A stretch of 64,000 bases of DNA from an uncultured delta proteobacterium (GCA_963789265.1 CAWBKB010000003.1:320001-384000); one strand, 5' to 3'. Positions 11,738 through 21,932 are shown, counted from the stretch's first letter. The notes: generated by a model from the letters alone, not told the origin. Program-made: numbers and translations.

Positions 11738-13022
11738 CTATAGCCTGTGGGGAAATTTGTCCCAGGCCGCAAGTCGCGGGTTGGCCGCCGCAGGGACAAT
11801 CTTCATTCGGCTGGTCTCTTTGAGGGCTTTGTGATACACGAGTCGAGTGTCCCGGAAGTGGTTAGGGCTGCCCAGCACCACAATCAGAAGGATATTTCGT
11901 CCCGGGGTGAATTCAGTGGCCAGGCAATGACCCGCGCGCGACGTGTATCCGGTCTTGCCGCCAATGAGGGGAAGATGGTCGCGCAGCAGCTTGTTTTGTA
12001 CTTCTGACAAGATAACCCCTTGGTTTTAACGCGCTCGCCATTAGATGACGCTTCTTTTGACATATTGACCGGATGACGGGATTTGAGAAAGCCGTGCCGG
12101 CTATCGTAGCTATCTCACGCGCGGTAGAAACATTGCTGTCAACATCAGTCGTTTTTATGCCTTCTTTGGTACTGGAAACCTTTTGATCCAACCCGCTTGG
12201 AGTATAGAAAAAGGTATGCTCGGCGCCCATGGACCTGACTTTTTTGTTCATGGCGGCGAGAAAACTCTTCCTTCCCCCGGGAATAGCGCAAGCCAGAGTT
12301 TCCGCACAGTCGTTGCCGGAGCCGATCAACAATCCGTGGAGAAGATCCAAAACCGAGACCGAGTCCCCAGCTTTCAATCCCACTACCGACTTTGGGACGG
12401 TTTTGATATTGTCGGGTACAGTTACTTTTCGGTCGAGCGGCAATTGGTCCAGGGCAACGAGTGCTGTAACCAATTTCGTGAGACTTGCTATTGGGAGCTG
12501 CATATCCGCATTCCTGGTCAATAGGGTCTGATTGCTTCGCAAATTGACGCAATAGACAGCTTTTGCCTGGACACCCGGTGCAGCCGGCTTGGCCTTTTTA
12601 TTCTTGGTCAGCCAATGCTTCTTAACCACCTTGTTGTTGGCAGCCTTGATCTTGGCAGCTTTAGCCTTGGCAGCCATAGCCTTGGTAGCCTTGATTTTGG
12701 TAGCTTTAGCCCTGGTAGCCTTGATTTTGGTAGCTTTAGCCCTGGTAGCCTTGATTTTGGTAGCTTTAGCCTTGGCAGCCTTGATCTTGGTAGCTTTAGC
12801 CTTGGTAGCCTTGATTTTGGCAGCTTTAGCCTTGGTAGCCTTGATTTTGGCAGCTTTAGCCTTGGTAGCCTTGATTTTGGCAGCCTTCTTATGCGTTACG
12901 GATGAATTGATTGCTCGGGCTTCGACGAGGCCGGGCGCGGCAGCCCAGACGAACAAAAGCAGAGTCAGGGCGGCAAAAAAGAGGACGCGGTTGGACGGTG
13001 TGATGCGAGCGGGTACGGACAT
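11738..13022 (-). CDS. D-alanyl-D-alanine carboxypeptidase (peptidase S11) with Lys/Ala repeat linker; +1 frameshift near 11995
   Basis: SxxK (ASLTK) and SxN (SGN) in one frame, KTG (GGKTGYT) in the next; removing one A from an A-run restores ..RSTNKLLR..; signal peptide present. Confidence 0.88.
12640..12886 (-). repeat. 30-bp coding tandem repeat (about 7-8 copies of AKA(A/T)KIKAT(K/R))
   Basis: Unit TTTAGCC(T/C)TGGTAGCCTTGATTTTGG(T/C)AGC repeats head-to-tail. Confidence 0.95.
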
Positions 13023-13217
13023 GCTCCTTTTATCTCCTGTTTATGGCAGCATATTTTTTTCTTTTGTCTTATTCATCATTTAATATGCTACTCTATAGCA
13101 TACTTAGATCAGCTTGGAAAGTTATTTCTGTTATGCGTTGATAACTCAAAAGAAAGGCGCGGAGTCGACTAAATCAGCGTAGTCGTAAACAAACCTGAAA
13201 CGAGGAGAGAAGCAACC

Positions 13218-13701
<484 letters not shown>

Positions 13702-13814
13702 TTAAGCTTCAATCTTCGGGCCGGCTTTACATCCGGAGAAATGGGTTGACTTTCCACGCGCGGGTAACCTAAACTTTTTCTCCACAACATAATGTGACAG
13801 CCGCAATGGCCCGT

Positions 13815-13890
13815 GCCCCCGTAGCTCAGTGGATAGAGCGACGGATTCCTAATCCGCAGGTCGCAAGTTCGATCCTTGCCGGGGGTACCA
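13815..13890 (+). tRNA. tRNA-Arg(CCT)
   Basis: 76-nt cloverleaf: GCCCCCG/CGGGGGT acceptor stem, TAGCTCAGTGGATAGAGC D arm, TT-CCT-AA anticodon loop, GTTCGATCC T loop, encoded CCA. Confidence 0.97.
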
Positions 13891-13998
13891 GAAAAATCAA
13901 GTGGTTGACCTGACACAGGTTGACTTCTTTTTTTGAGGGATAACTCAGGGATAACCTGAGTGCGAAAAGAGGTCTTTTTCGAGTACATCGGTGAGCGG

Positions 13999-14653
13999 TC
14001 ACTCATCATAGGCGCATTCCGGGGTCGAGTGCAGGACTGACCAGGCATCAGATTCTTTATCAGACTCTTTTGGTGTCTCAAAACTTAGTGAGGGCTTGCC
14101 ATAGAAATTCCAGAGAATAGCATCCATAGCGCGACTGGCGTTTCCCCCGAAGCGCTGGTTAACGTCTGTCTCAAAAAGCTTCCCAAGGTTTTCATCTACT
14201 CGCACGCGGAGATCTGCCTTGGTCCCCGCGTACTTCTTTCCCGTCTTCGGGGGCAAAGGGGGCTCTTCCACCTTGGGAAAGGCCGCAGAGATGCCATGTT
14301 CTAGTCTAGCAGCCCCCAGCTTAGTTTCAATCAATTCTCTTAACCGCGCCTCCATAGCCTCCAACATGGCAGTCACTTCTTCCCGGGTTAGGGTGTCCGG
14401 TCTTCCTCTCTGGGGTTTCTGCGTCAACCTTGTCAACTGTGTCAATAAACGCCGGCATAGGTGGCACTTCTGTACCGGGGGCCTTGCCTTTTAGCTTGGA
14501 ATACCGAGCCCTAAGATTTCCGTCGGTATATGGCTTGCCTGTACTGTCCTTGAATCCTTCACGTTCCAGGGCTTCCTTAACTTCTGCCCATGTATTGCCT
14601 TCTGTCTTGAGTTCAAAGGCGCGGGCAAGTGCTCTCTGTTGGGCTTCACTCAT
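13999..14653 (-). CDS. Putative DNA-binding protein, apparently split over two overlapping ORFs (14327-14653 and 13999-14445)
   Basis: Each ORF is protein-like only outside the overlap; C-terminal LRVRVDENL..SRAMDAILW resembles a ribbon-helix-helix. Confidence 0.45.
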
Positions 14654-14828
14654 CGGCTTCCTCTTCGTCTACCAAGGTTGACAACTCTGACATTAATTGA
14701 TCGGTTCTTTCGGGGGACTGGTTTTTGAGCAACTCCAAAAGCTCTTTAGCCGTGGGGTCATGCTCTAAGAATTCGCGCTCTTCCGCTGGGGTCATCTTTT
14801 TCACGCGGCCTTTTTCAGGATGTTCCAT
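14646..14828 (-). CDS. Small acidic hypothetical protein
   Basis: 60-aa ORF overlapping both neighbours in the resolvase operon. Confidence 0.5.
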   Translation of the reverse strand: MEHPEKGRVKKMTPAEEREFLEHDPTAKELLELLKNQSPERTDQLMSELSTLVDEEEADE

Positions 14829-15484
14829 ACCTCATTCCTCCCGAAAGGTTTGTTCTTCCGATTTCTGTATCCATGACCTTTGAGAAATTCAACTATCCCT
14901 CTGATTGACAGCCCCCTGGAGTGCAGTTCCAAAACTTTGCGGATTATCTCTTGTTCATTGTCATCTATGACAAGTTTGCCGTCCACGAAGGAAAAGCCGA
15001 AGGGAGCATGGCCGGATATCCTCTGACCGTTTTCTCGTTTCACGGCGAGCGCGGTCTTGGTACGCTCCGAAATTATCTCCCTTTCCCAGGCGGCCATAGC
15101 ACTCAGGATGTTATAGAAGAGGCGACCTGTGGCGCTCCCTGTGTCGATCTTTTCACTGATCGAATGAAGATGACAGCGTTTCTTTTCCAGGAGTTCCGCC
15201 ATTTCGCAGGCTTCTTTCAGGTTCCTTGCCATACGATCTAGCTTAAAGATGACAAGGTTGTCAAGTTTACTAGTACGCACAAGCTCAAGAGCGCGCTGAA
15301 TACCGGGGCGGCCTGCTACCGACTTTGCAGACAGGCCGCGATCTTCGATTATTTCCATAAGCTCCAGGTCATGGAGTTCACAATAAGCCACTATCTTGCG
15401 CCTCTGTGCTTCCAGGGAATACCCCTCTTCTGCCTGCCCCGTGGTGCTCACTCTGACGTATCCGATTGTTCTTTCCATGACCAT
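14801..15484 (-). CDS. Serine recombinase (resolvase family) with C-terminal HTH
   Basis: GYVRVST catalytic Ser motif, VIFKLDRMAR, EREIISERT; GGGAGG RBS. Confidence 0.93.
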   Translation of the reverse strand: MVMERTIGYVRVSTTGQAEEGYSLEAQRRKIVAYCELHDLELMEIIEDRGLSAKSVAGRPGIQRALELVRTSKLDNLVIFKLDRMARNLKEACEMAELLEKKRCHLHSISEKIDTGSATGRLFYNILSAMAAWEREIISERTKTALAVKRENGQRISGHAPFGFSFVDGKLVIDDNEQEIIRKVLELHSRGLSIRGIVEFLKGHGYRNRKNKPFGRNEVWNILKKAA

Positions 15485-15496
15485 ACCTCCCGTTAT

Positions 15497-15590
15497 TTGT
15501 CATATATGACAACTATGACACGCATAGGTTCCCGATGTCAAGGAAAACGATGTCAACTTTGTCAATTGTCCTTCAACCGAACGGTCAACG
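15497..15590. promoter_or_regulatory. Putative res site/operator of the resolvase
   Basis: Perfect palindrome TTGTCATATATGACAA (15497-15512) plus several TGTCAA repeats directly upstream of the gene. Confidence 0.55.
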
Positions 15591-15755
15591 GACAAAATTG
15601 GTAAGTAAATCGTGCTATCGGCTTAGGAGCGGGCTTTCAGAAATTCCACTTTAACGCTTGAACTGACTCGTCGTCTTAAATGTCTAACTCATTGATGAAT
15701 GTGTTCACGGGGCAACCGGCCTGCAATTGTTACAGTGTGAAAGGAGTCCGGAATT

Positions 15756-16010
15756 ATGCCAAAAACTCTCCCAAATGCGCGAACCATCAAGGGCAAGGAA
15801 TTCGTCAAAGACATTCGCTCTGGGATGACCGATTTCGAGTTGAGCGACAAGTACTGCCTCACAGTCCCGGACTTTGATCGAGTCTTAGGTTACCTGGTAG
15901 ACGCAGGGCTGATTAGCAAGATAGAGCTTCAAGATCGTCAACAGTTATCAGATAGTCAGATCCTTAGAGCGTTTGTCGAATCCTGTGAAGACATCAAGAT
16001 TGTGAATTGA
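15756..16010 (+). CDS. Small HTH-like protein similar to the N-terminus of the PilZ protein at 51465-52001
   Basis: DIRSGMTDFELSDKYCL..LVDAGLIS vs DINAGMTNAQLMEKYQV..LKDANLIT; AAAGGAG RBS. Confidence 0.75.
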   Translation: MPKTLPNARTIKGKEFVKDIRSGMTDFELSDKYCLTVPDFDRVLGYLVDAGLISKIELQDRQQLSDSQILRAFVESCEDIKIVN

Positions 16011-16725
16011 GACGTGCCCAGGTTCCATGAGAGACGCGTGATTGCCCTTTCCGGGAAGGGACAAGAGGTCGGTAGCCTGCGAGTCTGAAACGCGCGGAGA
16101 ATTGATTGTGCTCATTTTGGAGAAGGGGAAATAATCTCACCCCAAGGGGTAGGGTCCACCGCTGTCGAACACTCCTGATATGTGTATCCGTCAGACCCGT
16201 TTTCACATCGCCGGAGATTTTCTCAAGACCTCGGTCCTGGTCTCTCGCCGGACATGGTGCAAACACCCCGCTCCCTTTGGCACTCTCTGTCAAATTCGCG
16301 CGCTTTGGCCGGACCCTTACCTCACCTCTGTCTCGCCAGGAAAATCGAAATTTGAGAGGATTGTATTGTGACAGCATAGGGTTTTTCGACAAGTCCCGTG
16401 ACTGATGCCAGGGACACCGGGGGGGGGGCCACGGGGAGCCGATTATATAACTATGTGAAGGGGACCCTAAAGCCGTTTTCACATGGTCCCCAAATTTTTC
16501 AGAACTTCTCCCTGATCTTTCTTCTATGAACTGCTGGGTAACGCTGTGAGTCAACCTGAGCATTCTCAATGACCGACACAAAGACATGATTCCTTGACGT
16601 GAATCGCCTGTTGATATAAACGGGTTCCCTGCAAGGCCGACCATACGTGGCAGTCAGCCACGGGTTCAAGCCTATTCATTCTCCCGGCCAAAAAAAATTA
16701 GGCGCGGTGATTACGGGGGCCAGAT

Positions 16726-17082
16726 ATGACAACATTCGGAAGCGGGTTACGGACATTAAGGGAGAAGTCCGGAATATCTCTTACTCAAATGGCAAAGAAA
16801 ATGGGATGGTCTGCCGTCTATCAAAGGGACGTAGAGCTGGGCCGCAGACACCCCCCCAACATGACTAGGCTCAAAGACTATGCTCGGCATTTAGGAGTAG
16901 ACCCTTCCGAACTAATTAGGTTAAAGACTATAGAAAAAAAATTTATCAAGCTCGAAATTGATCCTGAAAGCAAAGTCCAACTTCACACCGCGACGGCGAT
17001 TGTAAGCCGGTGGGACATTTTGACTGATGAACAGTTGAAAGAGATTGAAAGAATTGTCACTGGAAGTTCGCCTTTTCGGTGA
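16726..17082 (+). CDS. XRE-family HTH regulator (paralog 1)
   Basis: FGSGLRTLREKSGISLTQMAKKMGWSAVYQRDVELGR. Confidence 0.88.
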   Translation: MTTFGSGLRTLREKSGISLTQMAKKMGWSAVYQRDVELGRRHPPNMTRLKDYARHLGVDPSELIRLKTIEKKFIKLEIDPESKVQLHTATAIVSRWDILTDEQLKEIERIVTGSSPFR

Positions 17083-17114
17083 ATACATGAAGGGATGGCT
17101 ATCAGAGGGCTGAT

Positions 17115-17489
17115 ATGGCTAAGTTCGGAGAGGCATTACGAGCAATAAGGCAGAAGGTTCCCATGTCTTGTAGCCAATTGGCAAGAAAAATGGGATGGTC
17201 TGACGTCTACCAAAGGGATGTGGAGCTGGGCCGCGTCTATCCTCCCAACATCAGTAGGATCAAAGACTATGCTCGTCATTTAGGAGTAGACCCTCTGGAA
17301 TTGATTAAGCTTGTGATTATAGACAATAAATTCATCAGACTTCAAATTAATTCTGACATAAAAATCCAATTTCACACTGCAACGGCTCTTCTGACGCGAT
17401 GGGACACTTTGACTAATGAGCAGTTGCTTCAGATTGAAGGAATTGTCACTGGAAGGGCCGTTACCTTCGAGGAGAGGCACGTGGAATGA
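17115..17489 (+). CDS. XRE-family HTH regulator (paralog 2)
   Basis: FGEALRAIRQ..LARKMGWSDVYQRDVELGR; colinear with paralog 1. Confidence 0.88.
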   Translation: MAKFGEALRAIRQKVPMSCSQLARKMGWSDVYQRDVELGRVYPPNISRIKDYARHLGVDPLELIKLVIIDNKFIRLQINSDIKIQFHTATALLTRWDTLTNEQLLQIEGIVTGRAVTFEERHVE

Positions 17490-17852
17490 TCCCCTAACCC
17501 TCACCTCCGGCCAAGAGTTGGCACGGAATCCGTGTGACCTTGATATGGGATCATCTTTGCACCGTCCCCAACTCTTCCAAAACTCCCCTCGATCTGCCTT
17601 GGACATCTGAAAACAATCTGCTCTCTTTCAGCTCTAGGGTTACCCCTTCATTGTACCTTTAGCACACCGCACCCAGAATAACTGCTCCGTAAGCCATAAT
17701 CTAATCCAATACATTAAGAAATATGAACAACCCCTTAACATAAAGGAATATTCTTGTTGACTTAAGGTCCCGTGCTATGGTATAAGCGTACCAGGTTAGT
17801 GGCCACTGTAAGACCTGATTCCATGCAGTTCTCGTCGCAAGCGGCCCGATAA

Positions 17853-19379
17853 ATGTACGAGGGATCATACATGAAATTCTCCCACCATATACACCTTGTC
17901 GTCTTACTTGGGATAGTTGTCACTTTGCTGTTCACCGGCAGTTATTCCCTCGCCCAGGAGCTTCAACCCCCGTTCATGGCGCCCACACAGCCATCTCTGT
18001 GCTACGGCAGGTTCTATCTCCAGGCCGGCGCCAAGTATCGCAACGTTGATGCCGTCAGGTTTGACGTCCAAGCTGGACCGAACTCAATCACCGTGGACCC
18101 AGGCACCGTCCCTTTCGGGCCGACGACAGCCGGCAATTTTGGGGTAGGGACAGGAGTACCAGGCTTTACGGGCTTTACGGGCGTGGTGGGCGCTCCTGCA
18201 AACACTTTTACCTACGACAACGGCCAAATAAGCGGAGATGTGATACCACCTAACCCTCCGAACGACAGCATACCGCCAGCAATTGCCGTCACATGTACCA
18301 CAGCCCCCACGCCCCCCTCGGGCTATTGCAACAGAGATTTTTCCTGGACCGACTTTCCTGTGCAAACGTTTCCTAACACCGGTCTCGGTACTGGGCCGGT
18401 TATGGGGCGATTCATAATAGTTGTATCCGGAACAGGAACGTGCTGCGACGGACAAAACGTTCCAGAGTCCGAAGGCAGCTTTATCATAGATGATCCTACG
18501 ACTCAGGTGAACAATCTTAGCAATATGTCCTTGACGACTCAGGTGACTTTCTCGAAGGCCATTGACAGCTTGGTCTTTACGCTGGGTTCCAACCCTGACA
18601 TTAATCGGGTGTTTGAGTCACCAGTTTGGGGACCGAGCATAGAGGCCGGATACCAGTGGTCAAACTATTTTGATCTCTTCTTCGGTTTCTTCTGGTTCAG
18701 GACAACCAATTCAATAACACTGTCCGATACTATTCAAAGCCAGCCGGGGAAAGTGGTGATCCATGATACCTACCCCTTTGTCTCGGATGATACTGCCGCA
18801 TGGCCAGTGTCGTTGGGCGCTTTTCAATCGTCGGATTCGATCAACTTGAAGTCATCTGCCACCCAAAATTATCACATCGCTACCAATAGACCTCTTGTCG
18901 GCATATTCCCCAATCGTCAATTCACTACTCAATCGAACGCAGGGGGCGCTCCTGAAAACATTCAGGAAAACATCACCAATTCGGCTGAAATAAGCGTTAT
19001 TGAAAACAGATACGGCGGCAGAAGCTGGTTCCCGCTATATGGGATGGGCCGAATAGGCGTTACAATGGGGGCTGCTGTTATCCCTGTCCATTACAATATT
19101 TCCGCCTCCAGGACCTACGTTGCCGCCGAAACTTCGGACGTACTTGGGGTGACTGCAGGACAGGTTCTTTTCGCCGAAACTGCCACTTACGATGACTGGC
19201 TTCCTCATTACGGGTTGTTTGTGGGTGGAGACCTGTCAATCGGCGGAACCGGGTATTACCTGAATGGTTCTGTAGACTACACGTGGGCCAATGCGCAGAG
19301 CTACGAACTTATTGGGATAAGGACGTCATTCAATCCGGGAGGTTTTACGACGGGCATAGCCGGCGGTATCTTATTCTAG
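17853..19379 (+). CDS. Exported protein, possibly outer-membrane beta-barrel
   Basis: Signal peptide, Gly/Thr/Pro-rich middle, amphipathic C-terminal strands ending in Phe; start may be ATG 17871. Confidence 0.7.
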   Translation: MYEGSYMKFSHHIHLVVLLGIVVTLLFTGSYSLAQELQPPFMAPTQPSLCYGRFYLQAGAKYRNVDAVRFDVQAGPNSITVDPGTVPFGPTTAGNFGVGTGVPGFTGFTGVVGAPANTFTYDNGQISGDVIPPNPPNDSIPPAIAVTCTTAPTPPSGYCNRDFSWTDFPVQTFPNTGLGTGPVMGRFIIVVSGTGTCCDGQNVPESEGSFIIDDPTTQVNNLSNMSLTTQVTFSKAIDSLVFTLGSNPDINRVFESPVWGPSIEAGYQWSNYFDLFFGFFWFRTTNSITLSDTIQSQPGKVVIHDTYPFVSDDTAAWPVSLGAFQSSDSINLKSSATQNYHIATNRPLVGIFPNRQFTTQSNAGGAPENIQENITNSAEISVIENRYGGRSWFPLYGMGRIGVTMGAAVIPVHYNISASRTYVAAETSDVLGVTAGQVLFAETATYDDWLPHYGLFVGGDLSIGGTGYYLNGSVDYTWANAQSYELIGIRTSFNPGGFTTGIAGGILF

Positions 19380-19399
19380 TAATTGAGAAATAGGCTTGG

Positions 19400-19433
19400 A
19401 AAGGGGCGACTCAGGGGTCGCCCCTTTCATTTT
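19400..19433. terminator. Intrinsic, probably bidirectional terminator
   Basis: AAAGGGGCGAC-loop-GTCGCCCCTTT then T-rich tail, between convergent genes. Confidence 0.8.
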
Positions 19434-19545
19434 GAAGGACAGATTTAGAGTACTGCCAAGCTAATAGATTCTAAGTTCAAGATGATGATCGGGTTTAATT
19501 TCAGCCGACCTCTAATTCCGAGGCTCAAGCACTTCTGAATGCTGC

Positions 19546-19842
19546 TTATGAGCGTTCCAATTGTCCGGTCTCTAGAAGATGCTTGTTGTAGTCAGACTCG
19601 CTCATCGGGCATTCCAAGAGATCCTTTGTCTCTTTGAGCGACTGAAGCTTGAGCTGTCTTGTCATGCTTTTCAAGTTATCGGGGCCGATGTCTTTGTATT
19701 TGGCGCTATGAGACACAAACGTCTTGATCCCTGATTCTTGTCCCTTATATTCATGGTAGAAGTATATGTGATCCTTGGATTTATCACGCCTAAAGCCCTT
19801 AGCAGAAAGACTCACCTCAGCGGCCTTGCGATCAACTTTCAC
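19546..19842 (-). CDS. HicA-like putative toxin
   Basis: KGF..DHIYF..KTFVSH..KDIG..LKSMTRQLKL pattern of the HicA fold; 98 aa, basic. Confidence 0.6.
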   Translation of the reverse strand: MKVDRKAAEVSLSAKGFRRDKSKDHIYFYHEYKGQESGIKTFVSHSAKYKDIGPDNLKSMTRQLKLQSLKETKDLLECPMSESDYNKHLLETGQLERS

Positions 19843-19844
19843 TG

Positions 19845-20267
19845 CTAGACCTCGACAAATCTTTGCACGAAGAGTTGTTTCAGTTCCTTAGCTCGCTTCA
19901 AAGCCCGAGTCGTGTCTAACGATTTGTAATGGTTGTAAAAGCGCACTAGGAGCAATTTGAATTCCTGTATGGCCGCTTCCTTACTTTCGCCGATCGCGTA
20001 AATGTCCAAACGATCATTTTCAGCAAACCAGAGTTCTTCGCCTCGGCTCATCCTTATGGCGACGGGCCTCACTGCTCGCAGTCTAATTCCTTCGCCAACA
20101 AAGTCTGATTGAGGCACGTTGAATTCCTTGTCGAGCCTACTTTGAAGTTCTTCCCGCGATGGGCTCCAGGAGGACGATGACTCGGGTGCAGAGCGGTACC
20201 CAAGTTTCCGCACCTCTTCGTTCATGTCCTCATCATACGGACTTATTCCAAGCGCAGGACTAGCCAT
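19845..20267 (-). CDS. HicB-like putative antitoxin
   Basis: WFAENDRLDIYAIGESKEAAIQEF resembles the HicB partial RNase H domain; 2 bp from the HicA-like gene. Confidence 0.55.
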   Translation of the reverse strand: MASPALGISPYDEDMNEEVRKLGYRSAPESSSSWSPSREELQSRLDKEFNVPQSDFVGEGIRLRAVRPVAIRMSRGEELWFAENDRLDIYAIGESKEAAIQEFKLLLVRFYNHYKSLDTTRALKRAKELKQLFVQRFVEV

Positions 20268-20980
20268 TATTCCGCCTCGTCACCCTTAATATAGTTCTGA
20301 TAGTTTTCAGTAATAAGTGCATTAAAGAGATCCGCAGACTGGTCATGAGCCTTATTTAGGTAATCCTGGACCCCCGACAGGTCGAGTTCTCCCACATTAG
20401 CGTGGTAAAAATCAAGCAAGATTGCCTCTTGGCCTGTTTGGTTGTTAGTAATTGACTCTATATGAGTGGTCATTTTCGCACCTTCTGTTGGCACAACGAA
20501 GGTCATAAACAGGCTTTCAAACTTGCCCGGCAGCAGTCCCCAAAGATTTTCACCTAGAGCAAAGAAATATTCAAGTGGGACCAAGCCTTCCTCTCTCACA
20601 AAGGGAATAATATTGATGTGCCGCAATCCAACCCCGTTAAGGGTCTTGACCGGGATGATGCTTCTGAACAGCTCTACCAAATTTACGCATTCTGCTCTAA
20701 AAACGTCAAAGCCAGGGTAAGCCCGCGAGTAGTGGCCAAATCTATTGAGGGATAGAATGACCCCGGCGCTACCATCGGCCTTTTCAAAGCGATATGGTTC
20801 ATACGCCAGTAGCATCCCTGGTTGAACGACGGGCACGATCAAGTTAGGATACTCGCCCCTCAACTTGTCCTGAATTTCATGGCGCCGACACTCAATGGCC
20901 GTTTCTGCCGGAAATGTGAACTCGAAAACCACTTCCGCAAGCGGAGAGTTAGGGTGTCTCTCGTCGGGAACCTGACGCAT
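20267..20980 (-). CDS. TIGR04255-like protein
   Basis: N-terminal PNSPLAEVVFEFTF, YPGFDVF, VGLRHINII, LLDF, F..LIT; TAATG coupling to the next gene. Confidence 0.7.
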   Translation of the reverse strand: MRQVPDERHPNSPLAEVVFEFTFPAETAIECRRHEIQDKLRGEYPNLIVPVVQPGMLLAYEPYRFEKADGSAGVILSLNRFGHYSRAYPGFDVFRAECVNLVELFRSIIPVKTLNGVGLRHINIIPFVREEGLVPLEYFFALGENLWGLLPGKFESLFMTFVVPTEGAKMTTHIESITNNQTGQEAILLDFYHANVGELDLSGVQDYLNKAHDQSADLFNALITENYQNYIKGDEAE

Positions 20981-21932
20981 AGAAATTTCTTCCCGCGCAA
21001 TATACTCTGCCGAAACTCACAGCTTCAATATATACCGAGTGTTTTTTGAGGCGTCAAGGACGCCCGCTTGATCGTGCGGACTCCAATGCACTTAAGTGGC
21101 TCGTCGTTTCATACGCGCGCACTTGCTCGAAAGCAAGAAATAAGATCGTCCCCTGCCCAGACTAAGGATGCCTAAGATAATCACTGGAAATTATGACTGA
21201 TAATATTTATTGTGGCAATTAATACTCGGGGCAGAGTCAGGGAAAAACCGGACATGCGTGTGTGTCTCTGTGTGCATACGCGCCCACGCGCGCGGGATTC
21301 CTTACGGGCCGCAAAATAAAATGCGCTTCGATTTCAAATAAACGGGTGCTCAAAATATAAAGAGCGCCGGTCATTGATGCGGACCTTTAGCGGTTCGTAG
21401 GGGTATCTAACTGGTCAAAAAATGATTTTCATTTCCGGTGTGAAGTCTGGTCCGCGTTCATTTGTCTGTGGTCATGCGTCCTCGCGTGCGTGCATACAAT
21501 ATCCATTAGATGCCACAAAAATCCGGCGTGCTGTATTCGCCATTACACGGGGACCATGTGTCACGACGCTTAAATATCCGACCCGCGTACGCACGTGCTT
21601 GAGCATCCCCGCTCGCACGCCTGCGCGTGTACGCGCGCGACCGGGGGATGACGGCAGATAATTATTCTCCTGGGATAAAAACCTGTATTCTGTTCGTGTC
21701 TCTCTGCCCTTTTGCTCTCACGTGCGCACGTTCTCCATATATTGGCCGAAAAATGAGACCGGCTCCAATTTCAAATAAACGGATGGGGAGGCGCGAGGGA
21801 AGTTAAACATCAAATCTACGTGTGCACACACGCGACGACTTCGCAAAAAACACGTCCTCTCTCGGAGTAGTTCTCTAAGAGCGCCCACGTTTCAAATCTA
21901 TTCGCAAGATCATTTCGTCATTAAAAATGACC

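Noticed and set aside
12640..12886. Possible CRISPR array
   Set aside because: Units are contiguous with no unique spacers, keep frame inside a CDS, and no cas genes are present.
12589..13083. Hydrophobic or SLGSLDFG repeat ORFs on the plus strand
   Set aside because: Alternative-frame readings of the carboxypeptidase tandem repeat.
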